The translations under genes were made by a program, and so were the position numbers. From positions 162,068,001-162,132,000 of the forward strand of contig NC_042999.1 of the NCBI RefSeq assembly GCF_006345805.1: DNA of 64,000 nt, given 5' to 3'. The notes beneath the pieces were generated by a model. The model had not been told where the DNA came from and did no database searches. It saw only the letters and a program-made list of their open reading frames with translations. Below are positions 25,203-38,362 of the stretch, in pieces (within the stretch, counting starts at the first letter, position 1; every line of letters begins with the position of its first letter). This DNA is from Octopus sinensis (taxonomy: Eukaryota).

Positions 25203-28200
25203 ACTCTCTTTTACTCTCTCTTTACTCTTTTACTTGTTTCAGTCATTTGACTGCGGCCATGCTGGAGCACCGCCTTTAGTCGAGCAAATCGACCCTGAGA
25301 CTTATTCTTTGTAAGCCCAGTACTTATTCTATCAGTCTCTTTTCCCGAACCGCTAAGTGATGGGGACGTAAACACACCAGCATTGGTTGTCAAGCAATGC
25401 TAGGGAGACAAACACAGACACACAAGCAAGACCCTACCTCCCAACCCGGCTCGTTCCCCTGCTCCCGCCCACGTTGCCGCACTTGCCCATACCTCTCCAA
25501 CACCACCACCGCCTCACTAGCACCACCATCGACCCTATCCCATCATCCACTCCTTCACCTGCACCTCCAGCAATATTATCTATTGCGTCTCTTGCTCTCT
25601 CTGCAATTCCTTGTACATCGGACAAACGGGACGCCGCTTGGCTGACCGGTTCGCGGAACTTCGTGACATCCACCTTGCGAACGACACAACCCGGTCTCAC
25701 GCATTTCCGCTCCACCGGTCACTCCTTGCAACACCTATCTGTGTTCGGTTTGTCCTTACACAGAGGCCATCCGGATTCCCGTTTGCGCCGTGAACAGGAA
25801 TTAATCTTCTCTCTTCGCTCTTATACACCATTTGGTCTCAACTCTCCCCCTCCTCATCTAACCCCCCTCTCCCCCTCCTCCCCCCCGACCCCTACTTCTT
25901 CAGTCCTTCATCCTTTCACCCCTACCCCCTCCTCTTCCCTCTTCTCCCTCCCCCTTCCCTCTGCTCCCTCACTCCCCTTCTCTTCTCCCCCTCTCCCTCT
26001 TTCCTCCTCCCCCTCCTCTTCTCCCCCTCCCCTTCCCCCCTCTTCTCCTCACTACATCAACACACGACTTTACACATCACATCATATATGATGTGCCATA
26101 CTAATACATACACCAACTAATACATACTAATACGTACTAATACATACTAATACATACACCAACCCTATACATACACACGTCCAGACCCCTCATACGCACT
26201 TATACTCTCTCATACACACACAACACACTTATACATACTAATACGTACTAATACATACTAATACATACTAATACATACACCAACCCCATACATACGCACG
26301 TCCAGACCTATCCTACGCACTAATACTCTCTCATACACACACACACACACACACACCCTTATACATACTAATACATACTAATACATACACCAACCCTATA
26401 CATACACACGTCCAGACCCCTCCTACGCACTAATAGCTGGTCATTCAACCCTATTATCAACCCTATTATCTCCCCTTATTTCGCTCTCGCGTCTCATGTT
26501 TGATCTTTGACCTCTGGCCGAAATCAGATCGCCATGTTGATTCGTTAGTTACTGCACGCATTTTTTTTCTCTCTGTGTATCTTTCTTTTGAAGAGCGTAG
26601 GCTCGAAACGTTAAAGACTTGTTTTATTTATATTTCCTGAGCGCCATACTAATACAATTGTTTGTTTGTTTGTTTTCCACCTGCCTTCGTCTTTTGTCTA
26701 TTTTCATAAAGCTTCCCATTATATATTATGCGCTCACGTGGTCTCACTTTCATCCTATATTCTACCAATACCACTATCAACACTTACCTCTACCTTGGAT
26801 TTTCTTTACCTCTTGGATACTTACCATTGGCTGCACCTCTCTTTCGCGGATCAAAGTGACTTTGCATTGATGTGAAATCCTTAAAAATATACCACGCGAC
26901 GTCTACACATTTCTCACCTTGAACTTTCAACCTTGAACTTGTTCGCATAAACTCCCGTTTGTTGTATTTTTATTTTCTCATATATTACCAGTTTTTTTTA
27001 CATTCATTTCATGCTTTCACATTTTCCTGCATTTTTGTTCTCCTTTCCGTCTTTCTTCCCTCCCTCTCTGGATGTCCATACTCTGTTTCCTCTGCCTGCA
27101 CCCCCCTTTTTTGCCTCCCCCTCTCTCTGCTTCCCTTCTTTCTTCCTTTTTCCGTTTGCCCCGCCTCTTTCTGCCCCTATCGCTTACTTATCTAGTTTTT
27201 TCATACGATTATTATTTTTTTTTTTTTTTGAACGATTGTTTTTTCCCCTTTTTTCGCTATCCTTTTTTCTTTTTTTCATACGATAATTTTTTGTTTTTTG
27301 TTTTTTTTGTTTTTTCGAACGTTTGTTTTTTTTTTCCGCTATCCCATCATGCGGATCCTAGGTCCTACCTCCTCACCCTCCATCACTGTTTGAAGGATCA
27401 TCTCCGTTCTCTTCCTGTATATTGCCTTCAGCCGTCCGTTAATCTCTCTCTACTTCTTTTTAAAAAAACCCACTTCTCTACCATGTCTCTTTCCTAAGCC
27501 GCTGCCTACATCACCGACTCATCCCTAAAGGTTTCCGCTCCACTTCCACCCTGCTCTCCACTCGGATTCTTCCATCTTACCCATACTCCCACCACATCTT
27601 ACCGCCTTATGCGGGCCACCATTCGCCTCCAATCTCTCCAAACTACATGCCATCAACCGCCTTCTTCTTCCTCCTGCTTTCTCCACATTCTTCTCCTCTC
27701 TGCCGCCTCTCTATGCTCCAAACACGCTACGCTTCATTATCCATTTGAATCAACTCTTCATCAATTTCTTTCTGATACCAAACTTCGTAAACTCCAATCA
27801 CTCTTCCATTCCACCACCCTACCCGACGCCCACTACCCAACTCCTCCACCACCCTTCTCCCCTCCCGATAAGCTCCATCCACCACCCACCTAACCCCACT
27901 TCCCTCCCTACAACCCCTTCTCCCCTCCCTCCGATAGGCTCCATCCACCTACACCTACCCCTACTGCCCCCCCCCACCACCCCCACACACCTCTCCATCC
28001 CTCACCCTCAGACCTCCACGAGACCTACCCACCCCTCCTACTTCTATTCCACCCACCCCTTCTCCACTTCCGTCTGTTGTTACCATTCCTTCCCGATCTT
28101 CCCCTCTCTGCGGCTGAACGCTCCGTCCTTGGTAGGGGTCTGCGTTTCATCCCCCTCACTCCATCCTGTAAGGAATTCCAGACGCGAGTTGATGTCCACA

Positions 28201-31200
28201 GCTTTGTGCGCCATGTCCGGTTGGGTGCGCATTACCACGACTCGCCACCCACACCCAACGAAGAGGACTGCTTCACTGGCCTGGGCCGCCGACCATCCCC
28301 GTGGACGCCTGCCCCTGGCCAGATCCTAGCAGTGGATCTTTTCGCGGGCGTTGTCAGCGTGCATTGGAGCGGTTCAACTTCTCCAGGCGCCAACGCCGCC
28401 TCAACATCCCCCCGGCTGAGCTCTTGGCTCTTCGTTCCCTCCAACGGCGCGCTGACATTATCATCAAACCGCTGACAAGGGTGGAGCTGTAGTGGTGTGG
28501 CGCGCGGACCTCTATAGGGCCGAGGCTTTCCGCCAACTCAATGACACCTCCTTCTATTCCCCTCTGCCCTCTAACCCCACACGTAGCTACCAACAGACGG
28601 TATCCTCTACTGTCTGCGACCTCATCTCGTCCTCCGTCTCCCCCGCACCGCATCTAACCTAATTGTGCGAACCCCACGTACCCCCACCATTTACTTCCTC
28701 CCCAAAATCCACAAACCCAACAACCCTGGCCGCCCCATCGTCTCTCTCCGCCTGTAACTGCCCCACGGAGCTCATCTCAAATACATACCTCGACCGTGTC
28801 CTTGCCCCCCTAGTGGCATCTCTTCCCTCCCACATCCACAATACCAACCATGCTCTCGCGCTTTTCAACTCTTTCTCCTTTCCCCCCGGCTCCTCCAAAA
28901 TCCTTTTTACTATGGACATCCAAAGCCTCTATACTGTTATCCCTCAACCACGAAGGACTGCAGGCCCTTCGACACTTTCGTGACTTGACCTCCGCTCTAA
29001 CCCTGTACCTGACACCTCCACACTCATTCGTCTGGCCGAACTTGTCCTTACTCTGAACTGCTTCTCGTTCGCGGGCGAGTTCTACCATCAGATCTCGGGA
29101 GTGGCCATGGGAACGCGAATGGGCCCCAACTATGCGAACCTGTTCGTTGGCTATGTTGAGGCCCAAATATTCTCTAATTTCACTGGTCCCACTCCTGAAC
29201 TATATGGTCGTTACATTGACGACATTATCGGTGCCACCTCACTCTCCCGTGAACATCTAGATTCCTTCCTCTCTTTCGTCCAATCTTTCCATCCAGCCCT
29301 CCACTTCACTTCCACTATCTCCAACACCTCTGTCTCCTTCCTCGACATTTCGGTTAGCATTCTTCACTCCACTCTTACCACCTCCATTCACTACAAACAC
29401 ACAGACTCACACTCCTACCTCAACTTCTCTTCCTCCCCCCAGAAACACACCAAGCTTCCATCCCCTATTCCCAATTCCTCCGTCTACGTAGGCTCTGTAG
29501 TGACGACCATGACTTTGAGACTCAGTCTCAACGTATGGCTCACCACTTCACCCTACGTGGATACCCCCTCACCACTATCCACACCGCCCTTGCCAGAGCA
29601 CGGTCCGTGGACCGTGTATCTGCTCTCTCTCCCCGAACCCGCCCTGTAGTCTCCCGCCTCCCTTTTCCCCTCACTTACCACCCCACGACCCTACGTCTCC
29701 AACGCACCATTCTTCGAGCTTTCCGTCATCTCCAGTCCGACCCGTCCACTTCAACCTCTTCCCTAACCGACCCCTCCCCTCTTTCAAACGAGCCCACAAC
29801 CTTCGAGACCTTTTGGTCCATAGCTCCTTCCCTGACCCTACCTCCCAACCCGGCTCGTTCCCTGCTCCCGCCCACGTTGCCGCACTTGCCCTTACCTCTC
29901 CAACACCACCCGCCTCACTAGCACCCACCATCGACCCTATCGCATCATCCACTCTTCACCTGCACCTCCAGCAATATTATCTATTGCGTCTCTTGCTCTC
30001 TCTGCAATTCCTTGTACATCGGACAAACGGGACGCCGCTGGCTGACCGGTTCGCGGAACACCTTCGTGACATCCACCTTGCGAATGACACACCGGCCTCA
30101 CGCCATTTCCGCTCCACCGGTCACTCCTTGCAACACCTATCTGTGTTCGGTTTGTCCTTACACAGAGGCCATCCGGATTCCCGTTTGCGCCGTGAACAGG
30201 AATTAATCTTCTCTCTTCGCTCTTATACGCCATTTGGTCTCAACTCTCCCCCCTCCTCATCTAACCCCCCTCTCCCCCTCCTCACCTATCCTCCCCCCGA
30301 CCCCTACTTCTTCAGTCCTTCATCCTTTCACCCCTACTCCCTTCCCTTCTTCCCTCTTTCTCCCTCCTCCTTCCCTCTGCTCCCCTCCTTCTCTCTCCCC
30401 CTCTCCCTCTTTCCTCCTTACCCCCCCTCCTCCTCCCCTTTCCTCTCTCTCCTCTTCCCCCCTCTCCTCCCCCCTCTTCTCCCCTTCCCCCTCTTCTCCT
30501 CACTACACCACACGACTTTACACATCACATCATATATGATGTGCCATACTAATACATACACCAACTAATACATACTAATACGTACTAATACATACTAATA
30601 CATACTAATACATACACCAACCCTACATACACACGTCCAGACCCCTCATACGCACTTATACTCTCTCATACACACACACACACACATTTACATACTAATA
30701 CGTACTAATACATACTAATACATACTAATACATACACCAAACCCATACATACGCACGTCCAGACCTATCCTACACTAATACTCCCTCTACACACACACAC
30801 CCCCTTATACATACTAATACATACTAATACATACACCAACCCTATACATACACACGTCCAGACCCCTCCTACGCACTAATAGCTGGTCATTCAACCCTAT
30901 TATCAACCCTATTATCTCCCCTTATTTCGCTCTCGCGTCTCATGTTTGATCTTGACCTCTGGCCGAAATCAGATCGCCATGTTGATTCGTTAGTTACTGC
31001 ACGCATTTTTTTTCTCTCCTTCTTCTGTGTATCTTTCTGTGAAGAGCGTAGGCTCGAAACATTAAAGACTTGTTTTATTTATATTTCCTGAGCGCGCCAT
31101 ACTATACAATTGTTTGTTTGTTTTTCCACCTGCCTTCGTCTTTTGTCTATTTTCATAAAGCTTCCCGTTATATATATATATATATATATATACATATATA

Positions 31201-31360
31201 TGACAGGCTTCTTTCAGTTTCCGTCTGCCAAATCCACTCACAAGGCATTGGTTGGCCCTGGGCTACAGCAGAAGACACTTGCCCAAGATGCCACGCAGTG
31301 GGACTGAACCTGGAACCATGTGGTTGGTTAGCAAGCTACTTACCACACAGCCACTCCTGT
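25203..31360 (-). mobile_element. SINE family A split into 25203-25430 and 31195-31360 by a Penelope-like insertion
   Basis: Tail half ends at ACACAGACACACAAGC (25430); head half resumes with GACAGGCTTCTTTCAG after (TA)n at about 31200. Confidence 0.8.
25431..31180 (+). mobile_element. Neptune-type Penelope-like retroelement: 5'-truncated 3' copy (25431-26720) in tandem with a near full-length copy (RT plus C-terminal GIY-YIG), frameshifted
   Basis: RT motifs YFLPKIHKPNNPGRPIVS, FTMDIQSLYT, GVAMGTRMGPNYANLFVG and YGRYIDDI; linker PCSRPRCRTC; endonuclease IIYCVSCSLC..LYIGQTGR.L.DRF.EH; about 1.3-kb direct repeat. Confidence 0.92.
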
Positions 31361-31507
31361 GCCATGTTTATCCCAAACTTGTTTGACTAAGACAATGATT
31401 AGTCTAGAAGTGCTTGTAATGTTGACAGACACTACCCCTCTTTCCCTAACTAACTGATTAACAAATTAGAAAACATTAAAAATAAATTCATCAATAAAAC
31501 TCATCAC

Positions 31508-31676
31508 CTTAAATGCTTCATATTCAGCATCTAAATCCACATCTTTGGAAGTCTGTGTCTGATTCACATGGGTATCTGAAGAAAATGCAGTGCTTGTCAC
31601 AGGTGATGGTGACTTCTCCACAGATGTAGATTCCAAATGCCTCAGGATTTGACTCTTTCTCAAGGCTAGCAACTCT
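31508..31676 (-). CDS. ZGPAT: ZGPAT coding exon 3 (..LLALRKSQILRHLE...DLDAEYEAFK); acceptor ambiguous (31676 or 31674)
   Basis: Contained in ORF 31466-31741; RKS..L and DAEY.AF motifs shared with ZGPAT; donor AAG|GTGATG, phase 0. The phase at the acceptor does not fit exon 2 cleanly (see findings). Confidence 0.82.
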
Positions 31677-32594
31677 CTGAAAGAATAATCTAGAAATAGC
31701 ATTTCAAAAGAAAACAAGGAAAAAAGACTGAGAAAACACATTCAAGAAATAATTATTCTTTACAACCTCTCAGTTGTGTTGACCTTTGATAGAGAGGCAT
31801 TTTGTTTGATTTGCTGATTTAAAACTGTTGGTCCTGATTTCATAGACAGTAAGAAGTGATGAACATATTGAGACAATAAAGGAACCTCTATGTACTCCTA
31901 AGCTATGATAAACAACAGCCAAATCTTCCTCAAATTATACCCTACTAAAGTGGAATAACATAGTTGAGGGACTTGGGATGTCTGAAATGCCTTTGTTTTT
32001 TGATGTATGTTTGCTCAATCAAGTCCTTCTACTGACCCACTAAACATTGCTGAGATTGTTGTTAGTAATGATGTTAGTGGTGAGGGTGGAGAGTTAGTGG
32101 TGATTTGTAGTGGCCATGTGGTCATGGTAAATTAGTAGTCATAGTGGTGTTGGTAGTTGCCAAGAAGTACTGCTAGTCAGGTGGTGTTGGTGATGGATCA
32201 AGAGTATACTGTTCCTGGTGATGGTGGTTGTCAAGGAGTACTTCAGGTCAAAGACTACTCATATGAGATAAAAAAAAAAAACCCCAATAGCTTCCAGTCC
32301 AACACAGCTAATTCACTTGGCCTTAATGTATTACTGATATGATCCAGTGAAACACACATCAATACATCCCGAATGCTTAACAACCCCTCCGTTTCCACTC
32401 AACCTCACCCCCAATTTGAATAATTCTGTTCATTCCTGATTTGTATATATAATATTAACTGACACAAAGCTACAAATTTTGGAGTAGGACATAGTCCATT
32501 AAAGATGAAAAGCAAAGCTAACGTTGTCAGAATTTAAACCCAGAACATAAAGAGCCCTAACTAAGTACTACAAGGTATTTTAGTTTATTATAAG

Positions 32595-32825
32595 GTGGCA
32601 AGCTGGCAGAAACGTTAGCACGCAGGGTGAAATGTGTAGCCGTATTTCGTCTGCCATTACGTTCTGAGTTCAAATTCCGCCGAGGTCGACTTTGCCTTTC
32701 ATCCTTTCGGGGTCGATAAATTAAGTACCAGTTGCGCACTGGGTCAATATAATCGACTTAATCCGTTTGTCTGTTCTTGTTTGTCCTCTCTGTGTTTAGC
32801 CCCTTGTGGGTAGTAAAGAAATAGG
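32595..32825 (+). mobile_element. SINE family B
   Basis: Consensus match. Confidence 0.82.
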
Positions 32826-33337
32826 TATTTTAGTTTATTTGCCCTAATACTAATTTATTACAAAATATTGATTTACACAAAACTTTCAGTTTATAAGTAG
32901 AGCAAATAAGATTGTATACCATTTATAGTAATTTAGCAACAAAAGTGAAGAAAAACAGATACAACTGCAAAATGAAACCATGTCAGTGACCTGGAGTTGT
33001 GTAATATTTATTTATTTACTGTTATGTATTTGATCAAACAAACATAGGTCAGCAACTGACTTCATCATGGTAAGTTTTATGAACTCTACCAATCCTAAGA
33101 AAATAAATGGACAAATTGACAAAGATAGAAATTGAACCATCAAACAACAGTTTCTATTGCTTCAAAGTGATTTGAGGGCAAAAATATGTTACAATCTATA
33201 ATGAATACCGTATCTACCAAAAGGTTTACCGTTCTGCAATGTAACAAGGATAAGAAACCTTGTGAATCTTTTCTTCTCCAAGATACTGGCAATGGTCAGA
33301 AACAAGAGATATGAAGTTTAAGTGAAATTAAATGTCT

Positions 33338-33750
33338 CAGGAGTGGCTGTGTGGTAAGTAGCTTGCTAACCAACCACATGGTTCCGGGTTCAGTCCCACT
33401 GCGTGGCATCTTGGGCAAGTGTCTTCTGCTATAGCCCCGAGCCAACCAATGCCTTGTGAGAGGATTTGGTAGATGGAAACTGAAAGAAGCCTGTTGTATA
33501 TATGTATATATATATGTGTGTATGTGTGTGTGTGTGTGTTTGTGTGTTTATCCCCCTAGCATTGCTTGACAACCGATGCTGGTGTTTTTACGTCCCTGTC
33601 ACTTAGCGGTTCGGCAAAAGAGACCAATAGAATAAGTACTGGGCTTACAAAGAATAAGTCCCGGGGTCGATTTGCTCAACTAAAGGTGGTGCTCCAGCAT
33701 GGCCACAGTCAAATGGCTGAAACAAGTAAAAGAGTAAAGAGTAAGAGTAA
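33338..33750 (+). mobile_element. SINE family A
   Basis: Consensus match. Confidence 0.88.
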
Positions 33751-34154
33751 CTGAGAATTGAACCTGCAAGTTTTATCATATTGGAAAGCTTACATGCCAA
33801 ATGAACCATCTGTTTTTTCCTAGCAAATATATGTACACCAACACCCTATATTAAGTTCATATAAAGCTGTATCTGCTTTCCATTTCTTATATTTTTCTAC
33901 TCCTCTAAACTTAATTAATTTATGTTGCTTCCCACTAAATCCCATTTAATGTACCTATCTTCCTATTCTAATCCTTCTCCACACCTTCATCTCACTGAAA
34001 CTACCTTCCACCTATTACACCTCCAATTAGAAATCTTCAACAGTTCAAACTGAACATCAACCACACCTAATTGTCTGTATGCACCAGTCATGGATGACCA
34101 AACTAAAAACAGCCATGAGCATCTACTCCAACATTTTATACACAAAAACAAATA

Positions 34155-34568
34155 GGCGCAGGAGTGGCTGTGTGGTAAGTAGCTTGTTTACCAACCACAT
34201 GGTTCCGGGTTCAGTCCCACTGCGCGGCACCTTGGGCAAGTGTCTTCTACTATAGCCTCGGGCCGACCAAAGCCTTGTGAGTGGATTTGGTAGACGGAAA
34301 CTGAAAAGAAGCCCGTCGTATATATGTATATATATATGCGTGTGTGTGTTTATGTGTCTGTGTTTGTCCCCCTAGCATTGCTTGACAACCAATGCTGGTG
34401 TGTTTATGTCCCTGTTACTTAGCGGTTCGGCAAAAAGAGACCGATAGAATAAGTACTGGGCTTACAAAGAATAAGTCCCGGGGTCGAGTTGCTCAACTAA
34501 AGGCGGTGCTCCAGCATGGCCGCAGTCAAATGACTGAAACAAGTAAAAGAGTAAAAGAGTAAAGAGTA
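34155..34568 (+). mobile_element. SINE family A, ending about 45 bp from ZGPAT exon 2
   Basis: Consensus match. Confidence 0.88.
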
Positions 34569-34613
34569 AAAAAAAAAATCAAAGCAACCACAAAGATAAA
34601 AACTGATACAAAC

Positions 34614-34710
34614 CTTCAGTTAGTTTTATAACTTCTTCCAAATCAGTTTTCAGTTTCAACAGATCGTCATTGGGACCTGAAGCTTGTAATGCTGATTCCA
34701 CTTGTGTTAA
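34614..34710 (-). CDS. ZGPAT: ZGPAT coding exon 2 (LTQVESALQASGPNDDLLKLKTDLEEVIKLTE)
   Basis: Acceptor TTTCATTGTAG|, donor AAG|GTTTGT (phase 1). Hand translation matches the ZGPAT N-terminal LQQVE.AL....DL..L..DL.ELI.LTE motif. Confidence 0.88.
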
Positions 34711-34924
34711 CTACAATGAAACAATAATAATAATAATCTTTCTGCAATGGACACAAGGCCTGACATTTTGGTGGAGTGAGTAAATCAATACTATCAAACA
34801 CAGTACTCGACTGGTACTTATTTTATCAACCCCTATTCTTCTACTCTATTTTTTAAAAAGACAAACACACTGTAGCTATTATTAACTGTTTTTTATGTGT
34901 TAGCACCCCCAACCACCAAGACCC

Positions 34925-35235
34925 TCTGAAGAAGCCTAGAGGCACATTCATTATCCAAGCCTTACCTCCTCGTCCCTACATAACACTGAAGAGATGGAGA
35001 TAACCTGGAAGATTTCGTTACCTCTTGGCAGATACAGCCGTAAGAAACTAGCCCTACATACCCATTCGGTTTCACTAACAATCTGTTCATCCACCTCATC
35101 CCAGTTCTTCCTGGGTCTACCTCTTCCAAAGTTTCCCTCAACCGTTAGGGTGTGGCACTTTTTCACACAGCTATCCTCATCCATTCTCGCCACATGACCA
35201 TACCAGCACAGTCATCTCTCTTGCACACCACATAC
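34925..35235 (-). mobile_element. RTE LINE 3' fragment
   Basis: MARMDEDSCVKKCHTLTVEG..GRGRPRK.WDEV, homologous to 18800-18930. Confidence 0.75.
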
Positions 35236-35329
35236 ATATATATATCTATCATATATACATATATATATATATATATCATATATATATATATATATCATAT
35301 ATACATATATAAAATCAAACACCAATTTA

Positions 35330-36400
35330 AATAAAAAGATAAGTAAAAACAGGAAATTAGATGCTACTACCAGTAGGAATATTAATTTATATAATAAAGG
35401 TAGTGAGGCAACTGAGCGGATTATGCCACCCTCTAATGATAAGAAAATTACTGATAATATAGCCATACCTAATAATCAAGTCATGATTTGGGGAGGCGTT
35501 GAAAGAGGTCTGAAAATAAGGATTTGATCTGGTATAACATTCCCTTCAACTGCACCATATCCATAAACATATATAAAAAATTTATGGCAATTTTAGAAAA
35601 ATACTTCCCTGGTTTCCATAGATATAATAGAATGTTTTCCCGTAAGACAGTTAGAATCTCATATTCTACCCTCCCCAATATAGGTAGCATCATAGCCAGG
35701 TTAAATAGAAAGAATATAAAATCAGCAAGGGGGGGGTTAATAATAATATTATTGTCAACACTAGTTTAAACCCCTACAATGAGAATAATATTAAAGATCA
35801 TGTAGGAATTAGAAACAACAATACTAACACATCTAATATGTACGATATGGACTGTAACTCTGAGGTTTATACTAGCACAGGGATTACTGACACAATGCCT
35901 GCTGATGCTGAGATGAATTTGAATGATACTACTGTTGGAGGAAGTATAAATAACAGAAATAAAAATAACACACACAACAGTAGTAGTAAGAATAATAATA
36001 ATAGTGATCAATAATATTAATAGTAGTAATGCTCCTGGTTGCAATTGTAGAGTTAAATCCCACTGTCCATTATTAGGCCGATGTCTAATCCAAAATGTAA
36101 TGTATAATTGTACAATCATATCTGAGGTTGATAACTTTATATATATAGGATGTTCAATAAATATGAAAAAACATATCAATAACCATTTTTCATCTTTTAG
36201 ACTCAAACATAAAGCCAATTGTACATCCTTATCTAGCAAGATTTGGGAAATGGAGGAAAGCACAGCCTTATAGAGATAGTCAATATGGGTGTGAGCTGTG
36301 CTCTATGGAAACTTATGAGATTTTTAAGTATAGGGACAAGAACAAACTGATTAATAATAGATTAGACCTAAGGGTATCATGTGTGCATAGCATCACCCAT
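35330..36400 (+). mobile_element. Decayed Penelope-like element, 3' half (thumb and GIY-YIG)
   Basis: IWYNIPFN, RKTVRISYSTLPN, CNCR..SHCPL.GRCL..NVMY and FIYIG motifs. Confidence 0.78.
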
Positions 36401-37034
36401 ACATTTTAAGTATTTTTGAGATTAACGATTATAAGTGCCATATTTGAACTTTGATGGTAAAAATTAATTTTGGTATCATATCTGTTGTAAACTTACTGTC
36501 TAGTATTAAATATAATAAAATCATGGGATATTATATGCATTGCATGTTGTATATCATGCATTGCATGATATTATATTCATTGCATATTATAAGCTATATG
36601 TTATGGTATGTGGTGTGCTATATGTAATTACTTTCTCATGATAACTCCTACCTAGTTAGTCTGACTTCATCATATTTTTGGTGATTAAACTATTTTTTTC
36701 CTTTCTATGATGTTCTACCCTACTGATCATATTATGTATATTTGTAATGGCTTTTATGCAAGTAAGTCTCCTAATTATATAACCACTAGAAACTATAAAA
36801 TCATATAAGTAACAGCACCTGTAACATTGCAACTTATAAAATCTCTTCGGTCTGAATACCTGTAATTGCTCTCACTAGGCCCATACCTACTTCCTACTTT
36901 TTTCGGGTTACCTTTATCTCTTCCCTACCTCAAATTTTAATCCCCTGTCTCTTTAAATGTAGGTTGTATGTATTTCTTATTATTTCCTATAAATTCTTAT
37001 TATTTTGCTTTCTTATTTTGATATCCTTACCTAT

Positions 37035-37442
37035 TAACCTCTTATCTTTATATATAAAAGTGAGGTTGTGTGCTGTCTGTCTCCTACGATTTAGATTCCT
37101 AACTACTCCCACATTTTGCGGTGCAGTTTAACCAAAACCGGGTATCTTATAGTCGTGATTCATATCGAGCCCTTCTGGGTATTAGCACGCGTCTACGATG
37201 AGTCTACGATTTAAAAAAAAATTTACCATCTTTTTTTCCCATTTTTAATGCATTTTTGGCATATATAAGGGAAGTAACTCTCTAAAAATTTATTATTAAA
37301 TCTCAGAACGTAAAAGGCTACAGTACCCCCCCCCCCTTTGTGGTGAGCCATATTGAGATGGCTATTATACTTTACATCTCTAAAAATGCTTATATAGTTA
37401 TTTCCCTTACAAACCCGAGCAACGCCAGGCGATACTGCTAGT
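37035..37442 (+). mobile_element. Non-autonomous Helitron-like element
   Basis: TCTTTATATATAAAAG 5' end, CCCGAGCAACGCCAGG hairpin, CTAGT 3' end. Confidence 0.75.
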
Positions 37443-38104
37443 TCCTTATAAGTTGTTACTGTTCTTAAATAGAGATTTTTCAGCTACTTAGGTCTATGTC
37501 AGATGGTTATACGATATCCATATAAACATATATTTGTATATGAGTATATATCCATATATGCGCATAACCTATTAACCTCTTATCCCTTATAAATTGTTAT
37601 TTTTCTTGTTCATAAATAGATACTTTTCAGTTACTTAAGTCTATGCGGGAGGGTTATATTATATCCATATAAATGTATATTTGTGTGTGCATGTGTGCAC
37701 ATATATAAACATGTGTACGTATCTGTACACATCTTATTTGTTTCTGATTCTTGGCTTATAATTAATATATATATATAGCATGTTTATCTTCCAGAAGTAA
37801 ATGCCTTGAGCAGTCTTTATAGAAACCACCTAATAAGTAATTAAAGACATGAATGAACATTAAACTGATTCTATGTAATCTTTCCTTTTTAATGTTTATA
37901 ATTGATATAGACACTCATTTTATCTATTTTGGTTATGATATAATTTTTGAAACTCTTAAATTTTATTTTTATACAACATAAGAATATTGTTTATAAATAA
38001 ATCACCCATAGTACCCCAAGATAAAATTTCCTCTGTATTAACATCCTAGGTTTTATTAGCATCTTGCCCCTTTAAGTGGTAATTAACATCATGATTTAGA
38101 GTCT

Positions 38105-38362
38105 TAAACACACCAGCATCGGTTGTCAAGCAATGCTAGAGGGACAAACACAGACACACAAACACACACACGCATATATATATATATATATACATATATA
38201 TGGCGGGCTTCTTTCAGTTTCCGTCTACCAAATCCACTCACAAGGCATTGGTCGGCCCAGGGCTATAGCAGAAGACACTTGCCCAAGATGCCACGCAGTG
38301 GGACTGAACCCGGAACCATGTGGTTGGTTAGCAAGCTACTTACCACACAGCCACTTCTGCGC
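38105..38362 (-). mobile_element. SINE family A (partial)
   Basis: Reverse consensus match. Confidence 0.8.

Noticed and set aside
26095-26435. Regular repeats suggestive of a CRISPR array
   Set aside because: The context is eukaryotic and there are no unique spacers; it is a decamer array inside a PLE UTR.
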